This document shows, piece by piece, positions 28,540 through 40,060 of a stretch of 64,000 nt of DNA. Origin of the DNA: Desulfobacterales bacterium (GTDB taxonomy: Bacteria > Desulfobacterota > Desulfobacteria > Desulfobacterales > UBA5616); NCBI GenBank assembly GCA_046483495.1, contig JAWODC010000057.1:39062-103061 (forward strand). Reading direction: 5' to 3'. Each line of letters begins with the position of its first letter. The stretch's first letter is position 1. The notes below the pieces were generated by a model. That model was given only the letters and a program-made list of their open reading frames with translations, was not told the origin of the DNA and did not search any database. The position numbers and the translations under genes were made by a program.

Positions 28540-29046
28540 ATGAAAATTTCGCCGATTGACATTCAAAACAAACAGTTTAAAGTCAAATTCAGAGGGTTCG
28601 ATATTCAGGAAGTGGATGCCTTTCTCGAACAAACAGCCGATACCGTTGAACAGCTGCAATATGAAAACAAAATGCATGCCGAGCATGTTCAACGGCTGGA
28701 GCGTGAAAACAAAGCCTTCAAAGAACGGGAAGACAGCTTGAAAGCCACTTTGGTTCACACTCAGAAAATTATCGGACAGATGAAGGAAAATGCCCGAAGC
28801 ACGGCGGGTATTATTATCGCCGATGCAGAAGTCAAGGCCGAAAAAATGCTGAACAAGGCCCATCAACGCCTCTCCCAATTGCATGAGGATATCGCCGAGT
28901 TAAAACGCCAGCGAATGCAGATCGAAATACAGATTCGTTCGATCCTGGAGAGTCATACCCGGCTCTTGGAAATGGGGAATGCAGAAAGAGAGGAGCAGGA
29001 AGAGGCGGACGAAAAAGTAAAACTGCTCCGACATACCCAGCCTTAA
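28540..29046 (+). CDS. DivIVA-domain protein
   Basis: ISPIDIQNKQF..FRGFD..EVDAFL followed by coiled coil. Confidence 0.9.
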   Translation: MKISPIDIQNKQFKVKFRGFDIQEVDAFLEQTADTVEQLQYENKMHAEHVQRLERENKAFKEREDSLKATLVHTQKIIGQMKENARSTAGIIIADAEVKAEKMLNKAHQRLSQLHEDIAELKRQRMQIEIQIRSILESHTRLLEMGNAEREEQEEADEKVKLLRHTQP

Positions 29047-29137
29047 GCCACCATGATATTCAAACACGTAATTCTGCTTTTCTGAACGTGACTACCGGTG
29101 CCGTAAAGATTTCACTTTTTTACTTCAGGAGCAATGC

Positions 29138-30220
29138 ATGGCAAAGATCGATGCTTTTTTCAAGTTGATGCATGAGCAGGGCGCTTCGGACCTTCACCTT
29201 GTTTCCGGCCAACCGCCGGCACTGCGAATCAGAGGGGATATGGAAAGGGTGAAGTACAAGATTCTGGACAACGATGAATTGAGAAGCATGCTCTATGAAA
29301 TAGCCCCCGAAGAAAAGGTAAAGGTGTTCGAAGAAACCGGGGATGTCGACTTCGGATACGAAATCCCGGGACTGGCCAGGTATCGGGCCAACTTTTTTAT
29401 GCAAAAGTACGGTGTGGCCGCCGTGTTCAGGGAGATACCCAGCGAAATCATGACCGCCGAACAGCTTGGATTGCCTTCGGTCATTCCCAAGCTGGCCTCG
29501 CTGCCCAGAGGTCTGGTTCTCGTGACCGGTCCGACGGGAAGCGGCAAGTCAACGACGCTTGCCGCCTTACTCGACGTGGCCAATAGAACCCGCAAGGACC
29601 ACATTATCACCATTGAAGATCCCATCGAGTTCGTTCACCAAAGCCAGGGTTGTATCGTTAACCACCGTGAGGTGGGATTGCATACAAAAACATTCAAAGC
29701 GGCGCTGCGCGGCGCACTTCGTGAAGATCCCGATATTATTTTAGTGGGGGAAATGCGGGACCTGGAAACCACCGCACTTGCCATTGAAGCGGCATCAACC
29801 GGTCACCTGGTGTTCGGGACCATGCATACACCCAGTGCCCCTAAAACGGTGGACCGTATCATTGAAATATTCCCTTCCACCGAACAAGCTCAGATTCGAT
29901 CCACGCTTGCAGATGGATTGAGGGCCGTTGTCGCACAGGTGCTGTTCAAACGCATCGACAAGAAAGGGCGTGTCGCAGCGCTTGAAATTTTAATTGCCAA
30001 TTCAGCCGTGCGGAACCTGATCCGTGAATCTAAAACCCATCAGATTCCCTCGATGATCCAGACGGGTAAACGATACGGCATGCAGCTGCTCGATGACGCT
30101 ATTATGGATCTTTACAACAAGGGCATTATCAGCGCCGATGATGCCTATCTAAAGGCCAATGACAAGTCGCTTTTCAGGCCGTTGATCAAAGCACCACCTG
30201 CTGATTTTACAGAAGCCTAA
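29138..30220 (+). CDS. pilT: Type IV pilus retraction ATPase PilT
   Basis: ASDLHL, GPTGSGKST, EDPIE, LREDPD, GEMRD, TGHLV and AVRNLIRE motifs. Confidence 0.93.
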   Translation: MAKIDAFFKLMHEQGASDLHLVSGQPPALRIRGDMERVKYKILDNDELRSMLYEIAPEEKVKVFEETGDVDFGYEIPGLARYRANFFMQKYGVAAVFREIPSEIMTAEQLGLPSVIPKLASLPRGLVLVTGPTGSGKSTTLAALLDVANRTRKDHIITIEDPIEFVHQSQGCIVNHREVGLHTKTFKAALRGALREDPDIILVGEMRDLETTALAIEAASTGHLVFGTMHTPSAPKTVDRIIEIFPSTEQAQIRSTLADGLRAVVAQVLFKRIDKKGRVAALEILIANSAVRNLIRESKTHQIPSMIQTGKRYGMQLLDDAIMDLYNKGIISADDAYLKANDKSLFRPLIKAPPADFTEA

Positions 30221-30236
30221 TGAAAGGGGAAAATCC

Positions 30237-31418
30237 GTGAGAAAGCATGAAGTGGACCACATTTTGACACGTATGCTGGATTCTTACACGAATGTATCAG
30301 ACTTGAATATCACCGTGGGCAAACCGTTTCAGGTTGAAAGCTCCGGTGAACTGGCGCCGGTGACGTTTACGCCCGATTTCAAATCGATCACCCCTTTTCA
30401 GTCCGAAATTTTTGCACTGAACCTGATTAACCGTGACCCCAGATTAACGAGGACCCTGCTGAAAGAGGGCTCCTGCGACTGTTCCTATGCCCTGCCCGGA
30501 AAGGCGCGTTTCAGGGTCAATGTGTTCTCCCGGACCGGCAATTACTCCGTTGTTTTAAGAAAACTGGAATCCAAGATTCCGACAATCAAGGAAATGAACC
30601 TGCCGAACGCCATGTACAAAATCGCCCAGGAAAAAAACGGCATCGTCCTGGTCACCGGTGCGACCGGTTCCGGGAAGACCACCTCCCTGGCTGCCGTATT
30701 GAATGAAATCAACACAAATCATTCGGTTCATATCGTCACCCTGGAGGATCCAGTGGAGTACGAGCACCCGCATAAACAATCCACATTCAATCAGCGCGAA
30801 CTCGGATTGGATTTCGACAGTTTTGCAAGCGGGCTCAGAGCAGCCCTCAGGCAAGCCCCTAAAGTGATACTGGTTGGGGAAATGCGGGACAGGGAAACCG
30901 TTGAAATCGGATTGAGCGCCGCGGAAACAGGCCATCTGGTTCTGACAACGCTTCATACGGTCGATGCGGGCTCCACGATCAATCGTATTCTCGGCATGTT
31001 CAACACCGATGAAGAAAGACAGATACGCATTCGACTGTCCGATACGGTTCGTTGGATTGTATGCCAGCGTCTGCTGCCCAAGGTCGGCGGCGGACGCGTG
31101 GCCTCTTTTGAGATACTGGGGAGCAATCTGAGAGTACAAGATGCCATTTTGAACGGAGAGTCCGAAGGCAAAAGTTTTTATGAGATCATGCAGGCAAGTG
31201 CGGCATTCGGCATGACCACATTCGATGATTATATTATAAAACTATACGAACACGGACTGATCACACAGGAAACGGCCTTGGCATACGCTTCGCGAAGGGG
31301 TGTCGTCGGACGCGGCATCGATTCGGTGAAAAGCGCCAGGGGGGAAGCCACGACAGATATCGAAGAGTTGGAAATTGACAGTGATTATGATAAATCATAT
31401 TTTAAGACGCGCTTATAA
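30237..31418 (+). CDS. PilT/PilU-family pilus ATPase
   Basis: GATGSGKTT, EDPVE, LRQAP, GEMRD and TGHLVLTTLH motifs. Confidence 0.9.
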   Translation: MRKHEVDHILTRMLDSYTNVSDLNITVGKPFQVESSGELAPVTFTPDFKSITPFQSEIFALNLINRDPRLTRTLLKEGSCDCSYALPGKARFRVNVFSRTGNYSVVLRKLESKIPTIKEMNLPNAMYKIAQEKNGIVLVTGATGSGKTTSLAAVLNEINTNHSVHIVTLEDPVEYEHPHKQSTFNQRELGLDFDSFASGLRAALRQAPKVILVGEMRDRETVEIGLSAAETGHLVLTTLHTVDAGSTINRILGMFNTDEERQIRIRLSDTVRWIVCQRLLPKVGGGRVASFEILGSNLRVQDAILNGESEGKSFYEIMQASAAFGMTTFDDYIIKLYEHGLITQETALAYASRRGVVGRGIDSVKSARGEATTDIEELEIDSDYDKSYFKTRL

Positions 31419-31477
31419 CCCGATCATGTTGGAACTTCATCGGAATTTCCGGCGACAAGGAGGCACCAGTAGAATTC

Positions 31478-32137
31478 ATGGATATTACCTGTGACCAATG
31501 CCAGAGCAAATTCAGGATTTCAGATGATAAGATCCCGCCGGGCAAAACAGCCGTATTAACCTGCCCGAAATGCAAAAATAAACTTGTCATTTCATCGGAT
31601 GCGGAAAAATCGGCTCCCGGTGAAAAGGAGGAAGAGGATATACAGAACGAACTATATTCCCAAATCTACGATGCATCCGAGAAACCGTTCGATTTTGTAG
31701 AAGAAGAAGCAAAGACCGCCTTATTGTGCGAACCAACTTCTGATATCAAGCAATCGCTGCTGAAGGTACTCGATATCATGGACTATCATATCACTGAGGT
31801 AGAAAATATCCGCGATGCACTGACCAAGATGCGCTATCATAATTATGACTTGATTCTTTTGAATGAAAACTTCGACACTTCCGACCCTGACACGAACGGC
31901 GTTCTGATGTTTCTCGCAAGGCAGCCGATGAGCATCCGAAGGGATATGTTCGTCGTTCTGATCAGCACCCGTTTCAGGACAATGGATAATATGATGGCGT
32001 TTAACAAAAGCGTTAACTTGATTTTAAATCCTGAAAACATTGCGGATGCGGAAAAAATTGTAAAAAAAGGCATCGTGGAAAACGACCAGTTTTACCGCGT
32101 ATATAGAGACCTCATGAAAGAGGTCGGACGGGTATGA
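31478..32137 (+). CDS. Zinc-ribbon (MJ0042-type) protein with a degenerate receiver-like domain
   Basis: ITCDQCQSKF...CPKC followed by an alpha/beta domain. Confidence 0.7.
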   Translation: MDITCDQCQSKFRISDDKIPPGKTAVLTCPKCKNKLVISSDAEKSAPGEKEEEDIQNELYSQIYDASEKPFDFVEEEAKTALLCEPTSDIKQSLLKVLDIMDYHITEVENIRDALTKMRYHNYDLILLNENFDTSDPDTNGVLMFLARQPMSIRRDMFVVLISTRFRTMDNMMAFNKSVNLILNPENIADAEKIVKKGIVENDQFYRVYRDLMKEVGRV

Positions 32138-32334
32138 CGGTTGCCTACAACCGTTGCGAGACATTCACCATGGTTGTAAAAAAAACGAAATCCTATACAT
32201 GCGCTGACTACAGGGAAGAAATGATGCTGGTCGCTCTTCGGCGGCGGTTGACGAATCGTGCTCTTTCGAAAGAGGAAAAACAGGCGATTCAGCGGGAAAT
32301 CGAAAAGCTCGAGTCCGCCATGGACATGGATTGA
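32134..32334 (+). CDS. Small hypothetical protein
   Basis: ATGA overlap with upstream gene; YTCADYREEM motif; helical. Confidence 0.55.
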   Translation: MTVAYNRCETFTMVVKKTKSYTCADYREEMMLVALRRRLTNRALSKEEKQAIQREIEKLESAMDMD

Positions 32335-32369
32335 AGCATTGCATATAAGGAAAATCTAAAGGCATTATC

Positions 32370-33281
32370 ATGAGAAACGCCGGTATCGAACAAAAACTGG
32401 AAGACCTGTTCTTTATCACCTTGAATCCGCCGATAGACGGATTTGAGAATTTTATCGGTGTCTGGTTAAAAACCGGCACCCCTGCCTACCTGGTAGATGT
32501 CGGCCCCACCGTAACAATCCCGGATTTAATCGAGGCCTTAGATGGGCTGAAAGTAAAACGGCTGGATTATATATTCATCACTCATATTCACATGGACCAT
32601 GCCGGCGGAATCGGAGAATTTGCGAAACGGTTTACTGAAACCCCCATTATCGTCCACAAAGCAGCCATTCCTCATCTGATCGACCCCTCAAAATTATGGA
32701 GCGGCTCGCTTAAAACGCTCGGAGATATGGCCCGTGCCTATGGCCCCCTCTCCGGCGTGGGCGCCGATCGCCTTCTGGATGCAGAACAATTTGCCGGCGA
32801 AAATATCAAACCCATAATAACTCCCGGCCATGCCCCGCATCATATCAGTTTGATGACCCCCCAATGCCTGTTTGCAGGAGAAACATGCGGCGTACACTTA
32901 TCGCTTCCCGACGGCAAACATTACCTGCGACCGGCCACCCCACCGAAATTTTTCCTGGATACGGCCATCAGCAGCATTGAACGGCTCGAGGAACACAAGC
33001 CGCATCATATTTGCTTCGGGCACCACGGTATGGAACCGAACGGCGTCCGCTGGCTAAAGACCCACAAGGAACAGCTCATTGCCTGGAAGGCTCTTATTGA
33101 AGAAGAAATGGGTGCAAAAATTTCCGAAAACGTAATTGCCGGGTGCATTGACAGGCTCAAACGGGAAGATCCCATGCTGGCGCATTTCGATGTGTTGAGC
33201 TCCGGTGAAAAAGACCGTGAAAATTATTTTATTTCCAACAGCATAAAAGGGTTTATGGGATATATCGAATCGATGTCATAG
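32370..33281 (+). CDS. Metallo-beta-lactamase-fold hydrolase
   Basis: THIHMDHAGG, TPGHAPHH and ICFGH motifs. Confidence 0.88.
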   Translation: MRNAGIEQKLEDLFFITLNPPIDGFENFIGVWLKTGTPAYLVDVGPTVTIPDLIEALDGLKVKRLDYIFITHIHMDHAGGIGEFAKRFTETPIIVHKAAIPHLIDPSKLWSGSLKTLGDMARAYGPLSGVGADRLLDAEQFAGENIKPIITPGHAPHHISLMTPQCLFAGETCGVHLSLPDGKHYLRPATPPKFFLDTAISSIERLEEHKPHHICFGHHGMEPNGVRWLKTHKEQLIAWKALIEEEMGAKISENVIAGCIDRLKREDPMLAHFDVLSSGEKDRENYFISNSIKGFMGYIESMS

Positions 33282-34040
33282 CCTTTCGCTGATAATCAAC
33301 AGCCCCTCCAGGGTGAGGTCGGGTTCAATAACTTCGATGTATTTGGATACCGAGCTCATTACTCCTGCCAGACCGCCGGTAGCTACAACCTTCAAGGATT
33401 TTCCAAACTCCCTGCTCATTCGATCGATCATACCATCGATAAGACCGGCATAGCCGAAGAGAATGCCCGATTGGATGCTGTGGACCGAATTGTCTCCGAT
33501 TGCCAGCCGCGGCGGATGCGAAAGGTCGACCTTAGGTAGCTTCGGCGCCCTTGAATAGAGTGCTTCCGCACAGGTATTGATGCCGGGTGTAATCGCACCT
33601 CCCAAGTACTCCCCCTTTGCCGAGACGACATCGAATGTCGTAGCCGTCCCAAGATCGATGACAATCAGATCCGTTCGATACTTTTCAAAAGCCGCTACAG
33701 CGTTCACAATCCGATCCGCCCCCAGCTCCGCGGGCCGGGCATATCGAATGGGCATCCAGGAAACCATGTCCGCATTCACCCAGGCAGGAGCTCCTCCTGT
33801 ATACTTACAGCAAAATGCTTCAAGGGTGCGCATCATCGGCGGCACGACACAGGAGATCACCGTCTTCTTGATATCGTTCAAGTCGACATTGAGTCGGGAA
33901 ATCAACGCAGCCGCCAACACAGCAAACTCGTCTTCCGTGACAGCGGCGTTCGTATGGAGACGCCAAGTTCTCAAAAGACGTCTATCCTGATAAATCCCCA
34001 TGACAATATTCGTATTCCCCACATCAACCGCCAGCAGCAT
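33276..34040 (-). CDS. coaX: Type III pantothenate kinase
   Basis: DVGNTN, LGADR, DLGTATT, GGAITPG and ATGG motifs. Confidence 0.93.
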   Translation of the reverse strand: MLLAVDVGNTNIVMGIYQDRRLLRTWRLHTNAAVTEDEFAVLAAALISRLNVDLNDIKKTVISCVVPPMMRTLEAFCCKYTGGAPAWVNADMVSWMPIRYARPAELGADRIVNAVAAFEKYRTDLIVIDLGTATTFDVVSAKGEYLGGAITPGINTCAEALYSRAPKLPKVDLSHPPRLAIGDNSVHSIQSGILFGYAGLIDGMIDRMSREFGKSLKVVATGGLAGVMSSVSKYIEVIEPDLTLEGLLIISERL

Positions 34041-34043
34041 CGT

Positions 34044-34976
34044 TTATTCTCCCTGTTCTTTTTCCAGCTTAACCGTGAAGATCTCAGGCTCCACATCGAG
34101 AAGCGTAACATTGACCGGCAGACGGATCGTGGCATGCCGTACGTATACGCCCGGTTTCAAATTTTCAAGGTCCAAAAAAACCTCTATTACTTCCGTTGTT
34201 GACAGCTGTTCGAGCAATGTTTCAGAGCCCTTAATGGTCAGTTGGATAACGGGCGGCGTAATGCTATAGGAAAAACCGGTGCCGTTTCCCCTTACTTTGA
34301 CATTTTTGATTTCCTTGACGACAATATTATCTTCAATATATACGGCCGTATCGATTCCATCCTTTGGAAACATCATTTCCACTTTTTCCGGAAGATTCGC
34401 CATCACCTTTTTTTTAATCGAATCTCCGGCACCGGTGACGTCTACCGGCTTTGTTTCGATGACCTGCATCACCGACAGAATGCTTTCGGGACCCCTTAAA
34501 ATGGCCTCAGCCGGAACGGCAACTGCATCGGCGATAATATGTCCTGCTGCCGGTTTTCCCGAAAATGTCACATCTATGGGAAGGCTCTTCTTGATTAGCT
34601 GGTCTATTTTAAAAACCAAAGATGATGGATGAATGGAAACGACATCGACGCCCTTCGGCAGTGAAAAATCATTGCGGGTTAGGGGAATGGTGTTGATTCC
34701 TTTCCGTGCGCCTGCAAAATCCAACCGACAGGCGATGGGACTTTGTTTCAGAACCGAATCGACGCGGCGTTTCATCCCTTTTATGGTCACCTCAACGGCT
34801 ACAGGCTCCTTTTCCAGGAGCATTAGTCCGGGCGGCACATTCTCCGGTTGAATAAATGCCGTAACTACGGCTTCCCGGGAATACATGTAAGGCCAGACGA
34901 TGAATATCAGAAAAACCAAAATGGATATGAAAATAGCCCGGATCGTCTTCACCGGCAGTTTCGCGTCATTCTTCAT
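34044..34976 (-). CDS. cdaR: CdaR/YbbR-like protein
   Basis: N-terminal TM followed by repeated beta-rich YbbR-like domains; downstream of folP. Confidence 0.75.
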   Translation of the reverse strand: MKNDAKLPVKTIRAIFISILVFLIFIVWPYMYSREAVVTAFIQPENVPPGLMLLEKEPVAVEVTIKGMKRRVDSVLKQSPIACRLDFAGARKGINTIPLTRNDFSLPKGVDVVSIHPSSLVFKIDQLIKKSLPIDVTFSGKPAAGHIIADAVAVPAEAILRGPESILSVMQVIETKPVDVTGAGDSIKKKVMANLPEKVEMMFPKDGIDTAVYIEDNIVVKEIKNVKVRGNGTGFSYSITPPVIQLTIKGSETLLEQLSTTEVIEVFLDLENLKPGVYVRHATIRLPVNVTLLDVEPEIFTVKLEKEQGE

Positions 34977-35041
34977 GTCGAATCGGATTCACTTTTTTCC
35001 GTTAAAACTCAACTTCGGCTTGCATCTTCATGTAACACCCA

Positions 35042-35908
35042 TCATGCATTTTTTATCGCATCGACTACTTGAAGGGCGAGCGCCGTATCGGCCACATCAT
35101 GAACACGAACCATATGCGCGCCATGCAACACGGCCGCCGCAACGGAGATTTGCGTTGCCGCAGCCACATCCGGCCCTTTTGCATCTGCGGGACCGTTTCG
35201 ATGCTGTGCTACAAGGTTTCGAAGGAATGCCTTTCTCGAGGTTCCAACGAGAATGGGGACATCCAATCGACGGAGTTGGGCCAAATGCTTCAATAAGAAT
35301 AGATTGTGCGAAGCGGTCTTTCCAAAGCCGATACCCGGATCCACGATCAGTGCAGACCTGACGATCCCGTTCTGTTCGGCAAAACGCATTGCATCCTTCA
35401 GGAATTGGAGTACTTCTCCCATCAGGTCATTATAAACCGGTTGAACCTGCATATCTTTAGGCTTGCCCTTCATATGCATCAGAATTACCGGGGTCCGGTA
35501 TCGGGCCGCGACTTTGGCCATTTCCGGATCGAATCGCAAGGCGCTGATGTCGTTGATTATGGCGGCACCGGCATCCAACGCCCGTTTTGCCACCGCCGCT
35601 TTTGTCGTATCCACGGAAATAGGAATGGCCACTCTTTTGACCAGCGCTGCGATAACAGGCACCACCCGGTGGATCTCCTCTTCAATGGAAACGGGGTCTG
35701 AAAACGGTCGGGTAGACTCGCCGCCGATGTCCAGTACGTCTGCCCCGGCCTCGTAAAGTGCCATCCCTTGGTTTACGGCTCGCTCATGTGAAAAAAAATC
35801 ACCGCCGTCGGAAAAGGAATCCGGTGTGACGTTTACAATTCCCATGATGCGTGTTCTGCCGCCGAAGGTCAACACTCCGGAGCCGCAGGATATCTCGTAG
35901 GTCTTCAT
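35042..35908 (-). CDS. folP: Dihydropteroate synthase
   Basis: [29 protein letters not shown] and RVHDV motifs. Confidence 0.95.
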   Translation of the reverse strand: MKTYEISCGSGVLTFGGRTRIMGIVNVTPDSFSDGGDFFSHERAVNQGMALYEAGADVLDIGGESTRPFSDPVSIEEEIHRVVPVIAALVKRVAIPISVDTTKAAVAKRALDAGAAIINDISALRFDPEMAKVAARYRTPVILMHMKGKPKDMQVQPVYNDLMGEVLQFLKDAMRFAEQNGIVRSALIVDPGIGFGKTASHNLFLLKHLAQLRRLDVPILVGTSRKAFLRNLVAQHRNGPADAKGPDVAAATQISVAAAVLHGAHMVRVHDVADTALALQVVDAIKNA

Positions 35909-37803
35909 GACGATTCGGCCGTATTCGTCTTCGCTCCCGGCATTTCCGTATTGGCATGGTCCGGCATCAGCCCCGCCTTCTCACCTTCGGATGGGTTCGA
36001 GGGAAGTTCAATTCCGGGCCGCATCTCGAGAATCAAACTATCGAGCTCCCGGCCCATGACGGTTTCCTTTTCCAAAAGAAGATTCGCCAACCGTTGAAGA
36101 ATGTCCACATTTTCGGTCAGTATCCTCTTGGCCGTTTCATACCCTTGATCGATCAGCCGGATAATCTCCCGATCAATTTTCCTGGCGGTTTCTTCAGAAT
36201 AGTCCCTGTGTTGCGAAATTTCTCTTCCGAGAAAGATCTGTTCTTCATGCTCTTCATAAGACAGCGGGCCGAGATTTTCACTCATACCCCATGAACGAAC
36301 CATTTTTTGAGCCAGTTCGGTAGCCTGTTTGATATCGTTCGATGCACCCGTGCTGATTCTATTAAATACCAGTTCCTCGGCCGCCCTGCCCCCGAAAGCA
36401 ATGGCGAGTTCACTTTCAAGCTGGTCCTTGTACTTAAAATCCCGCTCCTCAGGCAAAAACCAGGTGACTCCCGCGGCGCGGCCCCGGGGAATAATAGTAA
36501 TCTTATTCACTGCGTCCGTATTGGGCAGAAAACGTGCGACCAATGCATGACCGCCCTCATGGTATGCCGTGGTTTTTTTATCCTCTTCCCTCATCACCTT
36601 GGACTTTCTTTCCAGCCCCATATAGACTTTGTCCTTGGCGTCTTCAAAATCCATCATGTCCACTTTTTCCTTGTTCCGCTTGGCTCCCATCAGCGCGGCT
36701 TCGTTCACCAGGTTTTCAAGATCCGCGCCTGAAAACCCGGGGGTGCCCTTGGCCAATGTCTTGGGATTCACATCATCGGCAATCGGCGTTTTTCTCATAT
36801 GAACGGAAAGTATTTTTTCCCTTCCCCGAATATCGGGAAGGGGAACCACCACCTGACGGTCAAACCTCCCGGGACGCAGGAGTGCAGGATCGAGAACGTC
36901 GGGCCGATTGGTGGCGGAAATCAAAATAACGCCCTCATTGGATTCAAAACCATCCATTTCCACGAGAAGCTGATTGAGCGTCTGTTCCCGTTCGTCATGC
37001 CCACCACCGAGACCGGCCCCTCTGTGCCGTCCGACCGCATCGATTTCATCGATGAAAATAATGCAGGGAGCATTCTTTTTCCCCTGGACAAACAGGTCCC
37101 TGACTCTGGATGCGCCGACACCGACAAACATTTCAACAAAATCCGACCCGCTGATGCTGAAAAACGGCACACCGGCCTCTCCGGCAATAGCCCTGGCCAA
37201 CAGCGTTTTTCCCGATCCCGGAGGACCCATAAGCAAAACACCCTTCGGAATCCGCCCACCCAACCGGGTAAATTTTTTCGGCTCCCTCAAAAAATCGACG
37301 ACTTCACTCAACTCCTCCTTGGCTTCATCGATTCCGGCAACGTCGTCAAATGTGACTTTTTCCTGCTGATCCGAAAGGAGCCTGGCCTTGCTTTTGCCGA
37401 ACGACAGCGCCTTTCCCCCGCCGGACTGCATCTGCCGCATGAAAAAAATCCAAACCCCTATGAGCACGATCATGGGAAACCATGAAATGAGGACGGACAT
37501 ATACCACGGGGATTCCGTCGGCGGTTTCGCCGATATTTTCACGCCTTGTTCTCTCAATATTCGAATCATATCCGCGTCCGACGGCGCGTAGACCTTGAAT
37601 CGATTTTTATTCACGTCTGTAACCGTCAATTCTTGTCCCTCTATCAGGACTTCCGATACGGTCTCGTTTTCCACCATCGAGAGAAATTCCGAATAGCTGA
37701 CTGTAGATTCGCCCATTCGTTGTTGGTTAAAAAGATTGTACAGCATGATCATCATCAATGTGATAACCAGCCATAACGCCAAATTTTTATAAAACGGATT
37801 CAA
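35905..37803 (-). CDS. ftsH: ATP-dependent zinc metalloprotease FtsH
   Basis: GGAGG RBS with TTG start; two TM helices; [19 protein letters not shown]. Confidence 0.96.
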   Translation of the reverse strand: MNPFYKNLALWLVITLMMIMLYNLFNQQRMGESTVSYSEFLSMVENETVSEVLIEGQELTVTDVNKNRFKVYAPSDADMIRILREQGVKISAKPPTESPWYMSVLISWFPMIVLIGVWIFFMRQMQSGGGKALSFGKSKARLLSDQQEKVTFDDVAGIDEAKEELSEVVDFLREPKKFTRLGGRIPKGVLLMGPPGSGKTLLARAIAGEAGVPFFSISGSDFVEMFVGVGASRVRDLFVQGKKNAPCIIFIDEIDAVGRHRGAGLGGGHDEREQTLNQLLVEMDGFESNEGVILISATNRPDVLDPALLRPGRFDRQVVVPLPDIRGREKILSVHMRKTPIADDVNPKTLAKGTPGFSGADLENLVNEAALMGAKRNKEKVDMMDFEDAKDKVYMGLERKSKVMREEDKKTTAYHEGGHALVARFLPNTDAVNKITIIPRGRAAGVTWFLPEERDFKYKDQLESELAIAFGGRAAEELVFNRISTGASNDIKQATELAQKMVRSWGMSENLGPLSYEEHEEQIFLGREISQHRDYSEETARKIDREIIRLIDQGYETAKRILTENVDILQRLANLLLEKETVMGRELDSLILEMRPGIELPSNPSEGEKAGLMPDHANTEMPGAKTNTAESS

Positions 37804-37967
37804 AGAATTACCTCCGGTTAAAAAAAACGGTGGCTGGAGCTTACTCCGCTCACTCGTCGCATAGGCTGGTGCCCATCCAGAAATGACTCATTCCGCTCGA
37901 TTTCGGCGTTGTCCGGGAAATTTTGATCCTCATAATACTCAATGTATTCATGCGGTTGAAATTTCCC

Positions 37968-38010
37968 GGCCGCCTTGAACGGAATCGAATTTTCTCATTT
38001 CCGTATGGAC
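37968..38010 (+). repeat. 43-bp repeat, copy 1 (upstream of ftsH)
   Basis: GGCCGCCTTGAACGGAATCGAATTTTCTCATTTCCGTATGGAC; 38/43 identical to 40061-40103. Confidence 0.8.
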
Positions 38011-38081
38011 ACCGGCCAACATGTATCTTCGTTGCTTTTTGCACCACAAATGCAAAAAGGTTGATTTTCAATGATACTTGT

Positions 38082-39587
38082 TTAAAGCCGATTCATTGTC
38101 GAAACAAGCACTTTTGTTGTGCTTTCCGTGATCTTGACCGATTCCCCGATTCTGTATCCCACGACCCAAATAACCCCGTTTTCATCCAACATGATGGGGA
38201 TATTCTTTTGGTTTTCCCGCGGCACGCCCCGGTTTTTCAAAAATCGTTTCACATTGACCGCCACCGTAAGCCCGTACGGCACGAACCGGTCTTCCGGCTG
38301 TAAATTCCTGATTAATAATGGAAGCTTAATTTTGTCCATATCAAAAAAAGCAATATGTTGTCCAGCAGAAGAACGTTTTACGATTTCTTCGATGCGCGTT
38401 TCTTTAAATGTCAATACCACATTTATTTCTGCAATATAAATCCGTTTCGGTTTTTCCAGTTTGTAGGAAAAGGACGGCCCGGAACCGGCGTCGCGACCAA
38501 ATGCGATGGTTCTCAATGCACGGTCTTCAATGGATATCCGGAGCATGTCACGTTTTTGCAGAACGAGTACACGATCCGGCAGATCCAGGCGGCGGATGCC
38601 GTTGGAATTCTTCAATAAGCCGATTACCGCATCAATATGAAACAGGGTGATTTTTTTTAAATTTCCTTTGATTTTCGCAATCGACATTCGGATGAGGCGC
38701 CGTTGAACCGCAGGATGTTTTTTCCCCAATCGACGAATAGATAAGACGATTTTGCCCTTCTCATAACGCTCGGTGACGGCATCGAGTTCCAAAATCAGGT
38801 GATTCTGCAGCCAATCCTCCTCCTGTCTAAGAATCGTAGAAAGACGATTCAGCGTATCCGCAATGCGGGGGTTATAGGTTTTTGCCAAGAGCGGCATCAG
38901 CTGATGCCTCACCCTGTTTCTCAAATAGGTGTAATCCCGATTGGTGGCATCTTCCACACAATCAAGGTTTTTTGCCTTCAGATACTTCCTGATATCCTTC
39001 CGGGACAATCTGATCAAAGGGCGTATGATTGAATCATGCCGCACAGGCGGAATGCCGGCCAGACCTAAAGGGCCGCTGCCGCGGATCAGAGCCATCAACA
39101 CCATCTCGGCATTATCATCCGAATGGTGCCCTACGGCGACGGAATGGAACCCCTGTGCTCTTCGAATTCGGCTGAAAAAATCATACCGGAGTCGTCTTGC
39201 GGCCTGTTCGACAGAAAGCCCGTACTTTTTCTTGCAGGCAAGCACATCCCCCTTTTCCACATAAAAGGAAAGCTTTAGATTGCCGGCCAACGATGCAACA
39301 AATGCCTCGTCAACATCGGCATCCGGTCTCCGGAGGCCGTGATTGAAATGGGCGACGCTGAGCTCGATCGAAAACGCCGCCTTCAGAGACATGAGAATAT
39401 CCAAAAGCGCAACCGAATCCGCCCCCCCGGATACGCCGACGAGAACACGGTCGCCTTCAGTCACCATCCGGTGCTCGACAATGGTCTGTTTTACGGTTTC
39501 AACAGCCGTATTCCCGCAACGTTTTGTCACGACTATGTCCGATCCCTCCGTCAAAATAATATCGCCGTCTCTTCCTGCAAAAAACAT
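38082..39587 (-). CDS. tilS: tRNA(Ile)-lysidine synthetase (true start may be slightly downstream)
   Basis: VSGGADS, HFNHGLR, ARRLRY, HHSDDNAE, RPLI and RNRVR motifs. Confidence 0.93.
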   Translation of the reverse strand: MFFAGRDGDIILTEGSDIVVTKRCGNTAVETVKQTIVEHRMVTEGDRVLVGVSGGADSVALLDILMSLKAAFSIELSVAHFNHGLRRPDADVDEAFVASLAGNLKLSFYVEKGDVLACKKKYGLSVEQAARRLRYDFFSRIRRAQGFHSVAVGHHSDDNAEMVLMALIRGSGPLGLAGIPPVRHDSIIRPLIRLSRKDIRKYLKAKNLDCVEDATNRDYTYLRNRVRHQLMPLLAKTYNPRIADTLNRLSTILRQEEDWLQNHLILELDAVTERYEKGKIVLSIRRLGKKHPAVQRRLIRMSIAKIKGNLKKITLFHIDAVIGLLKNSNGIRRLDLPDRVLVLQKRDMLRISIEDRALRTIAFGRDAGSGPSFSYKLEKPKRIYIAEINVVLTFKETRIEEIVKRSSAGQHIAFFDMDKIKLPLLIRNLQPEDRFVPYGLTVAVNVKRFLKNRGVPRENQKNIPIMLDENGVIWVVGYRIGESVKITESTTKVLVSTMNRL

Positions 39588-39682
39588 CGAGTGGAGACAT
39601 TTCTATCAATATTTATATTTCCAGGCAAAATAAAAATCAAATTTGCCCTTGAAATATTGGCAGGCTAAATTATATTAAGCAT

Positions 39683-39929
39683 GGTTGTGCTAGGCGGGGA
39701 GCTAGCGGTGCCCTGTACCCGAAATCCGCTTATGCGGGGCTGAATTCCCTCTAAAGGGTTTAACCTGCGAACAGGTTTTCTCTGACCGGCCGCCGTGCAA
39801 CAAGCGGTCGCGAACCTCGTCAGGTCCGGAAGGAAGCAGCGATAAGTGATGCGGTTTGTGTCGCGGATCGTTCCCGGTCAAGTAGAGGCTTGTTTATCGT
39901 AGAACAAACTCGATAGGGGGTGCACAACC
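39683..39929 (+). ncRNA. ffs: Signal recognition particle RNA, large (Alu-domain) type
   Basis: Domain IV CAGGTCCGGAAGGAAGCAGC (39821-39840); 5' Alu-like segment; ends GGTTGTGC/GCACAACC pair; upstream TTGAAA...TATATT. Confidence 0.9.
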
Positions 39930-40060
39930 GCTCATTTACGCTTATGGCTTCGGCCGAAGTTCCAATTGATGACGTCATATTTTTTACAGGGCCTCGCCGA
40001 AAAAGCAGGTTCTGCAAAGGCCACATCCATCCTTTTCAAACAGCCGCCGGTTTCCCTCCG

